A DNA stretch of 62,654 nt, counting the filler, from Chrysochromulina tobinii (lineage: Eukaryota), in assembly GCA_001275005.1 (NCBI GenBank). It is 9 parts of 9 records of this genome, joined end to end, with 100 filler letters (N's around TTAATTAATTAA, not from the genome) between each part and the next. Parts side by side here need not be neighbours in the genome. Positions count along the whole stretch, not along the records: positions 1 to 5,222 come from JWZX01001046.1; positions 5,323 to 14,413 come from JWZX01001047.1; 7 more parts are not named here. One strand, written 5' to 3'. A program made the translations under genes and the position numbers. The stretch's first letter is position 1; every line of letters starts with the position of its first letter. Below are positions 1-10,304 of the stretch, piece by piece. The notes beneath the pieces are model-generated. The model made no database searches, was not told the DNA's origin, and was given only the letters and a program-made list of their open reading frames with translations.

Positions 1-1251
1 GCCGGAGCATCGCGATGCGGTCATTGTTGGCGAGGGTGAGGATCCGGTTATCGTCCATGACGGTGTTCATGTTCTCGATCCAGATGGCACTTTACGACGG
101 CCCCGTCGACGCCATCTGATGGGAAGAGATCCTCGATGAGCGAGAGGAAGAGCGGCACGTCCTCGGCGACGAACTTGGACAGGTTCATGTCGCGCAGCGT
201 GCGCATGAGGAGCATGTGCTCGGACGCAGTCAGGTCGTCGCGCTTCGAGCCGCCCGCCGTGAGGAGCACTGCCAGGATGTTGCACAGCCCGAGGTCGTAG
301 TGCGGCTGCTTCGAGAGCTGCTCCTCGCACAGCTTGTAGAGCACGTTTAACTTCTTGCCCAGGATGGCGTTCTCGCGGTAGCCGGCGCCAGTGAGCTTGA
401 CCTTCATGATGATCTGACGGTCGGGCACCATCATGGTGACGCCGCGGAAGAGCGACTTGAGGTTCTCGGGCAGCTCCTGGCGGCCGGCGTAGTCGGGATT
501 CATCGTGATGAAGTAGCCCACCTCCTTGTTGAGGTTGATGATCTGGCCGTCGGTGAACTGCAGCTGCTTCTTGTCCGCCTTGATGGACTCGAAAACGACG
601 CCCACCTGCTGCGCGACGACGGAGATCACCTCGAGGTCGATGCGGTTGAACTCGTCGAAGCAGCCCCACACCTGCCTGGGCGAGGCCCTTGATGATCTTA
701 CCAGTCCATCTGGTCGCCGCAGTTGGTTACGAGCACGAGCTTGCCGAGCGTGCAGCCCATGTCCTTGGCCGTCTCGGTCTTGCCCGTGCCGGCGGGGCCC
801 GCGGGCGCGCCGCCGAGGCAGAAGCCAAGCGCCTGTGAGAGGGTGATGTAGCAGCGATCGGTGAGCGGCGTGATCACGAGGTGCTCCTTGACGCCGAGGT
901 ACTCATTGCAGTAGTCGAAGTTGACGTCGGCCACGTGCACTTTGGCGACCTCAAAACTGGCCACGTGCACTTTGGTAGAAGCGCGCCTGCTTCGACCACT
1001 CCAAATCCTTAAAAGACGTCCTTCACCTTCTTCTTGACCATCACGTCGAAGACGTCGCGTGCGTGGACATCGACGAGGATCATCGTCTCGACCTTACAGC
1101 GCGTCCACCGGCCGTGCACCACGAGCTGCTGGTCGGTCTGCAGGTTGATCCCGATCAGGTCGTTCAGGCGCTGCTGGTTCTTCTTGTTCACGGTGTTCAT
1201 CACGTCAAGCAGCGGAGAGGTCGAGGCACTCGAGGCGACAACGCGCCGCAT
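1..1251 (-). pseudogene. Degenerate axonemal dynein heavy chain fragment (linker, AAA1, part of AAA2)
   Basis: Motifs [11 protein letters not shown], Walker [57 protein letters not shown] and [23 protein letters not shown] are spread over several frames, with small deletions near 670-705, a stop at 1009 and a large internal deletion near 120. Confidence 0.9.
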
Positions 1252-1377
1252 CGAAAACTTTGTTCAGTGAGTGCGCACCTGAGACGCGTAGCCAGTTGTC
1301 CAGCAGGCGTAACTCAGTCAGGCCACGTGGCATCGAGTTGCTCAGCGCATGAGCGATTGTGAGCGTGCCCGCCTCGG

Positions 1378-1944
1378 TCATGCGACACTATGAGAGGTCA
1401 TCAGCGAGCCGAGCACCTGATGAGGGAGGCAATCAGAGGTCATCAGCGAGCCGAGCACCTGATGAGAGGGGCAATCAGAGGTCATCAGCAAGCCGAGCAC
1501 CGTGTTGAGTGCGAGCAGCTCAGAGAGCTGCACCACATCACGGCCGTAAATGTGCAGCCCCGCAAGCGAGAGTCGCGTTGCGCGCCCCTCCCAGTCGAGC
1601 ACGGGCAGCGGCGTCGACGAGAGCGTGAGCAGGTGCAGCCGCGCGTGCAGCCGCCTGCGGTGCACAGCTTGCGCGAGCTGCATCGAGGCAGATCCGGGTG
1701 GCGGCGGCGGCGTCATCGCCGCGTGCAGCGTCTCCCCCGCGCCGATTCGATGACCCACGTTCATCAGCAACGCGGCACTGTCTAAGACCAGCTGAGCAAG
1801 CTGCACCTCCGTCAGACCGATGCATGGGCGGTTGCTCACCTCCCATACCTCGGAGTCGGCTGCAGGCGCGGCGGTGGGAGCAGCGCTGGCGGCGACGGCG
1901 GCGCTGGTGGCGCCAGCGCGTCGCTTCTCTTCGCCCCAAGCCAT
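1378..1944 (-). CDS. Uncharacterised or fragmentary ORF whose 3' part runs into an intron-like repeat
   Basis: 188-aa ORF; the end (LSLAGLHIYGRDVVQLSELLALNT) is weakly LRR-like and is followed by the 42-bp repeat. Confidence 0.3.
   Translation of the reverse strand: MAWGEEKRRAGATSAAVAASAAPTAAPAADSEVWEVSNRPCIGLTEVQLAQLVLDSAALLMNVGHRIGAGETLHAAMTPPPPPGSASMQLAQAVHRRRLHARLHLLTLSSTPLPVLDWEGRATRLSLAGLHIYGRDVVQLSELLALNTVLGLLMTSDCPSHQVLGSLMTSDCLPHQVLGSLMTSHSVA
1393..1500 (-). repeat. 42-bp tandem repeat of the intron-associated GTGCTCGGCT...TGATTGCCTCCCTCATCAG unit (about 2.6 copies)
   Basis: Units at 1459-1500 and 1417-1458, partial unit at 1393-1416; each full unit starts GT and ends CAG on the minus strand. 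Confidence 0.85.
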
Positions 1945-1952
1945 TCGGGCGG

Positions 1953-2066
1953 GAACTGGATCGCGTTCTCAAAGGTGCGAAGACAAGCGGATTGCTTGAG
2001 CGTGATGAGCTTGAGGCCGTTGGCTTTCTCAATGTTGCGCACCCACTTGCTCGCTTGCTCTTTCAA
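1953..2066 (-). pseudogene. Isolated dynein heavy chain AAA5-region fragment
   Basis: QASKWVRNIEKANGLKLITLKQSACLRTFENAIQF resembles the QANKWIKNME...LRTLENAIQFG segment of dynein heavy chains. Confidence 0.75.
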
Positions 2067-2278
2067 TCATCAGAGGCCAGCGTGCACATTCCTCGCGTAC
2101 TGCTTCTTCCACGCCTGGGCCACCTTCGAGAGCGACGAGGCCGGCACCTCAACCCGTCGCACCCGCTCGAGAGCGTCGCTGGGGGAGGTCTCCCGACCGT
2201 ACATCGCTTCTCATCGCCACAGAAGGCGGGTGGGTGGCGGCGCCTTAATTTCCGCAATCAAAGACACACACGCACAGA

Positions 2279-2375
2279 TTCAGTTCAGTTCAGTACAGTT
2301 TCTTCGCGATCCCTCCACGCTCACTCCACAACCGTCTCAGAGGACGGCTCCGCTCCCCTCGGTCAACACAAGTAC
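2279..2375 (-). mobile_element. SINE/LINE-like 3' fragment with (CTGAA)n tail, copy 1
   Basis: About 90 bp nearly identical to 32426-32516; ends in a short-repeat tail on the minus strand; ACAGATTC occurs at both ends (2274-2281 and 2374-2381). Confidence 0.6.
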
Positions 2376-2716
2376 AGATTCGCACAGCACGGCACTGACC
2401 ACACATTTCACGGTTATCAGATATCACCCAGTCGAGAGTGTGCCTAGCCCAAGAACACCGCGAATCGAATCAACCGATGCATACCCGCAACAGATAATGA
2501 ATCGCACCACACCTGCTTCAACATGTTGCTCTAAAATTGGGAGCACTCCTCGAGCCGGTTGGACGTCGGGTAAGCAGACCCGGGGCGTCTTGAACGCTCC
2601 GGCTTGCTGCAACCGCCATGGAGCGCCTCCGCGTGCTGTCCGCGTGCACATCCTCTCACACCTCGAATATGTGAACGTGGCCCGACCCGGTCGCACAGGC
2701 CACCGCACGCCCCCTT

Positions 2717-4913
2717 ACGTGCGTCGCGATGCGCGAAGGGACTGCAGTCATCAGGCTGGAAGAGAGGCTCGCAAGGCGCTCACCGGTAGAAGCCGAGAAG
2801 ACTTCGCACGTGCGTTCCATCCCGCCGCAGAGGATGGCGTCTGCCCCTGTACAGTCCAGCTCACACCGGAGAGGAACGCCATCTCAGGGGCCATCTCGTA
2901 TCACAGGGGGCCATCAACAAGGACCGTCAGGGACTGGCAGGAGAGATCCTCCACAGCCACCAGTGGTTTCAAGAGGCCAGCTGAGGAGCACACACCTGCA
3001 GTCCAGATGGCCCGAAACGGGAGGAGCCAGCGCCCCGTGCTAGTACGGTGGTTGATGAGAGGTTCAGCCTCAGGCGCCGAGATTGGATCGCCCGTGATTC
3101 GATCGCCCAAGGGCAAGATTCGCAGGCGGTCGTCGAAGCACGTCACCGCAAGGCGGCCAGAGCCGTCGGGGGCCCATTCGGCTGCCTGCGTGGCCTTGGG
3201 TAGCGCGATCGTCACGACCGGACCTGCTCGCGCTCCCATTTTGCGCACGTCCCATACCTGTAGAGAGGATTCCGCGCTCGAGAACGTGACTCAGAATCCG
3301 TCAGGCCGCCATCAGCCGTGTGGCCGTGAGGGCGCTGGGCATCCACGGACCATGACGGACGCATCCGAGCTCGAGGAAGCCAAGAGCCAAGGGCGCCCAT
3401 GGTCATCCAGCGAGAGTGAGTTGATCTTCAGGCCATGGCTCCGCACCACCTTTTCGCAAACGAGACCCGTCCGGGGGTCCACAGCGCAAAGGCTCCCCTT
3501 GGTCGTCCCCAGCCACATCGTCGCCGCCGCACCATCCAACGCGAATGCGGACCACGCGTGCTCCGTTGAGACATGCAGCGTCGCAAAGGCGCGCATCTCC
3601 ACATTCAAGCAACGTACGGTGCCATCATATGAGGCGCAAAAGAGCGCCTCCGTTGAGCGCAGGCCCCACCGGAGCCCCGAGATGCCCTGGGGCACCTGAT
3701 GAGGGAAGCAATCAACAGGCCGTTGGATGCAGTCAGCTCAACGTGGCAAGCCGTATTGGCGGCGGATGCCCCTATACGCACCGGCCGATAAAGATGCACC
3801 CCATCGCTCGGCTTGCTCGCGTCTCGATTGGCGTTCCAGAAGCTCACATGTCCATCTGTGTCGGCAGCCGCCACGAGCAAGAGGTCGCTCCGTGGCTGCA
3901 GGCCATTGGGGAGGGGGTCGACGACCAACAATCATGGTCGTCGTGAGCACGAATGGCAGGATGTGGCAGGCAGTGGTCATCAATGGGGCACCGTGCCCCA
4001 AGACATGGAACTAGAGAGCAGCTCACCAAAGGGTGTGTCATCAGCGGCCATCAGCGGCCATCACGGGGCTCCACACACACGCGCGCGTACTCACATGGAA
4101 TTGGAGATGGACGACCGCCTTCTTGAGCACCTTGACCACCATGGCCTCGTGGAGCACGCAGCCGCTCAGCAACGCCGCCGCCCCCTTTTCGTGAGCAGAG
4201 ACGTCGCTCCCCGCAGCCTCTGCCGGTTGCAAGTCGCCTCCGAGCAACCGAAGGAGCTGGAGATCGCGCGCGTCGGGTTGGGGGAGAGCTGCCGCAGCCG
4301 CCCGCGCCGCCACGGACACACGCATCCTCAACGGGATATCCTCGTCGTCCTCGACGGCCGCCGCCGCCGCCGCCGCCGTGCTCTCGCCCTTGGGCAAGAT
4401 GACCGTCAGAGTTTTGCTCGCGACTCGACGAAAAATGGTTGGCAGGCGTGGATCAACCGCGCCACCCTCCGCTTCGGTCGCCATCACCCTGCCTGGTGGC
4501 ACCACCTCGCCGGCTGCAAGCTCGCTGCGAACACCGTCGGCAGGCTCCACTTCGTCGAGGCCGCTGTACTGCGGATCGTCGCCCTTGAGGCGGCCCGACG
4601 CGCGCGTCGGCGGCTCCGGCGAGGCGCGCCGCTTCCGTGAGGCACCCACAACACTCCGGGACCTGCCCGCCATGCACACCGCGTCCCTGGTCTCCAGCAA
4701 GCCAAGAGCTGCAAGCTTCAACTCGTTGCTGCGGATATTCTCCAGGCGCTCGAGTTCATACGCCGAGAGCCCACCGGATGCATTTGCGCTGGCCCTGCCA
4801 GGCACGGCGACGGAGGCGATCGGGCGCGTCAGCAGCTCTGGAAAGAGAGCATGACAGGGCGTGGGCACCGCGGGCGCCGCCACACGAACCTCCTTCCCGC
4901 CATAGCGAGACAC
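2717..4913 (-). CDS. WDR76: WD40 protein WDR76/CMR1 homolog, multi-exon (3' end not resolved)
   Basis: N-terminal LSAYELERLENIRSNELKLAALGL, then FH|PRSDLLLVAAADTDGHVSFWN, ASYDGTVR, SSDASVM|VWDVRK, HRTSTGRWLLPFRAIW and MTAVPSRIATH. GT-AG introns at about 3900-4095, 3696-3781, 3258-3350 and 2847-2995 join the frames. Confidence 0.8.
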
Positions 4914-5222
4914 GTGGTATTTCTCTTCAGTGTGAACGTTAACACGACAGACGCGACAGCCGGTGCTACGGCACTGTTACTGCCCGCTCAGAATACACAC
5001 ACCTTACATGACCCCGGTGTGCGCTCGTACGGTACCGGTAAGTTTGACGAACCGGAAAAAAAGAAACGAACCGGTAACCCATGATTAGGTTCCTAGTCTC
5101 GGATCTGACACTCCGCCCCCCCCCCCCCCCGCGGTTACAGGCGCGCCGCGCCGTGTTTCCAAATTAGGCACTTTCAGCCTCCTCCCAAAGGAAGGCCCGA
5201 CACTCGCCGCGGAAAATGGGCG

Positions 5223-5322
5223 NNNNNNNNNNNNNNNNNNNNNNNNNNNNNNNNNNNNNNNNNNNNTTAATTAATTAANNNNNNNNNNNNNNNNNNNNNN
5301 NNNNNNNNNNNNNNNNNNNNNN
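5223..5322. other. Artificial contig spacer
   Basis: N-run, TTAATTAATTAA, N-run; 100 nt. The same spacer recurs at 14414-14513, 25984-26083, 32055-32154, 36120-36219, 40714-40813, 52702-52801 and 60269-60368. Confidence 0.98.
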
Positions 5323-8300
5323 TGCAGCTCACAAGCCCCGACGGGGTGACCGTCGAGTACGAGTACGTGCGCGTGCCGTGCGTGGAGCTCACCTGGTTCA
5401 CGGGCGGGCGTGTCGTGACGGATGGACGGTTGGGGCAATGCGCCAATCCGCAGACCGCTGCGGCAGGCCCGGCGTGCTGCCGCAACGATGGCAGCGACGA
5501 CGATGGCCATCATCAGTGCCGGTACTTCGTCGAGCGCGTGACATATGCAACTGCTGCGCTGCGCTGCAACACCTCGACGCCGACCCCATCAGGGCGCGGT
5601 AATTGGGCTATGTGTGACATTCTCAACAACCGCGGCGCCGAGGGCTGTGGCTACGCGGGCTCCGATGACCCGCGCTCGCAAGCGTACCTGTGGTCCCGAC
5701 GGGCATGCCAAACGTTCGTCCAGGTGCACTCGGAGCCGGAGGGCTGGGTGGGCGTGGTCCAGGAAGTGGCTCCAGGTCTTTCGGTCGGCGACCAGTTTAA
5801 GCCGCACGCGGACGAGAAATTCCGGGTGCGCTGGGCTGCAGGTCTCTTCCCGCACCCGAGCAATGGCTGCCTCACAGGTGGGCCAACGCCCGGCCTGTGC
5901 GTTGTCGACACTAACCCCGCCACGCTCATCCCGACGTGCAAGTGCACTGCAAATGTCGTGGAGGCAGCCGTCTTCACCAACGCTAGTGCCCTACCCACGG
6001 CGGCGGAGGTTGTGGAGCGCCTCGCCATCGGCTCGGTGTCTCCTATAGATTACGACACGGGCACGTTCATCCAGTGCACGACCCCCGCGTGCAATGCCGC
6101 GGCACCCGCCGTGAAGATGTACCTGCGTGGTGGCACCCTCGACAATCGCGCCATCTTTGAGGTCGTCATCAATGGCACAGCCACGTACCTCGCCAACAAG
6201 GAGAGTTTGGTCTCCCTCGGTAACTTCTCCTTCCGCAATCCGCCCAAGTTCGTGTCCTGGGTCGAACCTGCCAACCGCGACGCAGAGTACGAGACGAGTG
6301 CGCTCCTCGACCATCTCGTCTACCACCCCAACACGGCTCCCTTCATCGTGTACCGCCTCATCCAGCGGCTCGTGACATCCAATCCGTCGCCACGCTACAT
6401 GAAGGCCGTCGTGGACGCCTTTCGCACCGGCCAGCTGAACAGCAGCGGCCTCACCTTCTCGGGCCGTTACGGCGATCTCGGCGCGACCTTCGCCGCCATC
6501 CTGCTCGATCGTGAGGCACGCTCTCTCACTCTCGAGCGCGACCCATCCTTTGGCCAACTGCGCGAGCCCGTGCTCAAGCTGCTGCACCTGATGCGCGCCA
6601 TGGAGTTTGTGAGCAAGGATGGGCGCGAGGTCGAGCTCGCTGGCGTGTTCAGTGCCATCGGGCAGCAGGTCTTCCAGAGCCCATCCGTCTTCAACTTCTA
6701 CAAGCCCGAGTTCAGAGGGGACGGGGCCGTCCTCGCCGCCGAGCTCGCGTCGCCCGAGGCGGAACTGAGCACCGCCCCCTCCCTCGTCGGCTTCTTGAAC
6801 GGCGTCTCCTCACTCGTGCGCCTCGGCCTGACCAGCTGCGAGGACGGCTTCGGCTCCCGCGTTTCGACCGGTAAAATGGACGTCGGGGGCGGCTTCCCGC
6901 CCATCGCTTCGAGCAGGAATTGTGACTTGCCCGCCCAGCGCCACTTCTCGCCCCCGCAGCTGGGCGCCGTCGATGGCTCAAGTTCCGACGGCGAGCTTGC
7001 GTTTACGCCCACGAACCCTTCTGATGCAGCCGCGACGGTCGCCGAGCTCGATCTGCTCCTCACCGCCGGCCGCCTGTCGCCCAACACGCGCGCTCTGCTC
7101 GAGTCCGAGTATGAGCGGATGCGCCTCGGCCCGCTTGGTCGGGCCGAGTACCTTGTCGCGACCACCCAAACTTGCTCTGCTTGGATGGGGGCGGATGTCA
7201 CGTCGATTGCAGAATGCCAAGACGCAGCGCAGTACCTGGACACCAACAACCTCCGCGACATCAGTCGCTTCACGGCCACGGATGACGGTAGGACGGGCTC
7301 ACGTGAGCGGCCGCGTGGCTGCACCCACCGCAAGACAAGCTCCCGCGAGGACCTTAATTTCAACGTCGCCGGCAGCAACTACGGCTTGTGCACGGTCAAC
7401 TGGCCCTGCCTGTGCAAGGTGTCGGGCGAGCGGCATGCCCTCAAACGCGTGCAGGAGCTGCTTGTCATGAGCCCCGAGTTCCACAGCGTCAATGAACCTC
7501 AACCGCACGGCGACGCGCGCGGCGCGCCTCCCAACACGGCCTCGCAAGGGCGGCCGTACAAGGCCGTAGTGGTCCTCTTCCTCGACGGCGGTTTGGACTC
7601 GTGGAATCTACTCGTGCCGCACTCGGGATGTGCCGCGGGCAACTCCTCGACCAGCTACGAAAGCTACGTGGCCGTGCGGGGCATTGTGGCTCTCGAGCAC
7701 GATGAGCTGCTCGAGCTGTCGGCAACCGTCGGGCAACCGTGCACCACCTTTGGCGTACACCCCGCGCTGCCCATCGTGCACAGCCTGTACGGGGCGCAAG
7801 AGGCCGCATTCTTTGCCAACACGGGCACCCTCGTGCGCCCCATCACTAAGGCGCAGTTCCAAGACGGTAGCGCGGAGACGCCGCCCTCGCTCTTTTCGCA
7901 CAACATCCAGGTGCGCTCCACCCAGAACGTGCACGCGCAGAAAATCAGCTCCGGGGGAGTGCTCGGACGCATCGTCGACGCGCTGAGCGCGCCGGGTGGC
8001 CCGGCTTACCGCTCGGCCGCCTACTCGCTCGATGGCCTCAAGAAGATGCTCGACGGCGAAAATACGTATAACGTCCTTGACAGCACAGGCGCCAAGCGCC
8101 TCAACCGGGCTGGCAAGCTGCAGACGCAGATTATGAGCCTCACCGCGGGTCGTCTGCGCTCACTCTTCACGGAGAGGTACGCCTCGTTCATCGAGAAGTC
8201 GATCATCTCCTCTGAGCTGCTCGGATCGAAGCTGGAGACGGTCACTCTCCTCTCGACGCGATGGAGTCCTCGCGACTCCATCAACAACGACTGCTTCGAA

Positions 8301-9107
8301 TCCCTCACGTGCAAGAAGTTCGAGCAGGTGGCGCGCGTGATCGCGTCGCGCAACCTGCTGCAGGAGGAGCGCCAGGTCTTCTACGTCGAGGTGCTCGGCT
8401 TCGACACGCACACTTCAGCGAAGGAGACGGTGCAGTATCTGCTCGATGACATCAATGGGGCACTCACCGCTTTCGTGGACGAGATGCGACTGAGGGGCGT
8501 GTGGAACAATGTAGCCGTGGTCACCGCTTCCGACTTCGCCCGCACGCTCGACAGCAACGGCGCAGGCACAGACCACGCGTGGGGCGGCAACTACCTTTTG
8601 CTTGGCGGCAGCGTCAAAGGCGGGACGATCCACGGCCAGTACCCGGCTTCACTGCGAGGTGATGTCGAGGTGATTCGCGGCCGGCTGATGCCGACTACTC
8701 CGTGGGAGGCCGTCTGGTACGGTCTCGCCCAATGGCTGGGCGTGCCCGACACCCGCATGGCCGAGGTGGTGCCCAACGCGGCCAACTTCCCGAACGAGGA
8801 GCTGCTCCGCAGTGAAGATCTCTTCACTGCCTCCATGGTCGGCGGCGTTAGGAGCAACTTGAGCGGAGACGACGGCATCATCAGCACAGAAGGGGTGATC
8901 ATCACCGCGGTGCTCGGAACCGTCATCTTGGTCGGCACCCTCATCGGCATGGGCCTGTACAACATGCATAAGCGCGGAGTGCCGATGCCATGGCACTCTT
9001 CACCGAAGACAGCAGTCACAGCTGGCAGCTCTCCGGTGGCCTCGGCCGCCTCGGCTGCGAGCAGCACCGCTGGCCCGGCCGAGAGCTCGGCCGAGAGCAA
9101 CAAATGA
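5323..9107 (+). CDS. DUF1800-DUF1501 fusion protein with C-terminal transmembrane helix (5' truncated by contig end)
   Basis: DUF1800-type HPNTAPFI...RLIQRLVTSNPSPRY...GDLGATFAAILLDREAR...LREP...SPSVFNFY; DUF1501-type YKAVVVLFLDGGLDSWNLLVP, LFSHN, GFDTH, SDFARTL...GTDHAWGG; TM segment VIITAVLGTVILVGTLIGMGLY. Confidence 0.85.
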
Positions 9108-10304
9108 TTGAGCAGCAAGCGGCGCGTGCTGCCGGCTTGAAGGCAAGCCAACACAATTACAACACAATGCATGCAAAGGGCCGGCGACCCGGCGTGCGTT
9201 GTTCTGGAGTGTGCTGACTAGTACGACGTCGACCGATGTTGGGGCACGCCGCGTGTGGGGAGGGGGCGTCAGGCAGAAGATGGGTATTTTTATCTGCGCA
9301 GAGTCTGAACTATCTCAAGGACCGAGAGGCGGGCCTGCTGATCGTAGGCTGCGTGAGAGCAGGTTGATAGATGTAACGGAGCATGGAGAGCGTGGGGTGA
9401 CGGGGGGGGTCCTATACATTTTCTGCGTGTGTGTGCGTGCGTCTCTCCCAGACACCCCGGCTGCTGTCCCGCGCTCCGATAGGCTACTACAATGAGCCCG
9501 GGCAGCGGGCGCAGTGTGTCTCGAGCAGCACAGTTCCAGTTGTGCGAATGTGCGGTACTTCGTGATCGGTTAAATAGACCGGTCACTAACCGCAAACCGG
9601 TCACCCCGGGGTCCGGGCCGTTCGGGTTGGGTTGATCTTGATGTCCCCCGGTCCGAGACTCGAGACTGTCGGCCGCGTACAGCACGCTCCCACAAAGATC
9701 AAAGTGCTAACCGCTCCCGACGGTATCCCGCGCGACCGGGTGCACGGTCCGACCACGCGGGCCCCGGAGCTCGCGACGCACGCCCGTCACCCGTGGCCGT
9801 GCGGGCGGCGTGGGGGGAGAGTACTCGGGAGCTCACTTGACACTTCGTTGTCTGCGTTTCGTAGATCGTACTTTGAGGACTTTAGTTTGACGTGAATCTG
9901 AATGCTGAATCAAACCTGCGTTAAAATTCCCGCCGGGTCTCCTGTGAGAATCATTGGCCAGAATCGAACCTGTCCGCGCTCCGGTCGGGAAACGTGCAAA
10001 CCTATCGATCTTCGCACACTCTCGAGCAATTGTGAGCCCACTGCTGTCCACGCGTGCTCCGCCTCCATCATGTCGCGTCCCCAAAGCCCACAGCCTTCGC
10101 CAAAAACTGTGTTGGTTCTCGCCGCCATCCTGGGGTATCCCCTGCAGCTGTGCACCGGTACGAAGCATCTCGACTCTGCTGACGACCGAGGCCATCCGGC
10201 CGCGGTGATCACTCCCCCGCCCCGGCGGCACCTCGTTCGCCCACAGCTCAATTCCTCCCCCGCCGCGCCTCGGTATGCTGTCCCAAGCCCCGTGCCCCCA
10301 TTTC

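Noticed and set aside
1975..3699. 574-aa plus-strand ORF
   Set aside because: Antisense to the spliced WDR76 gene, crosses a retro-like insert and has no recognisable motifs; stop-poor because of high GC.
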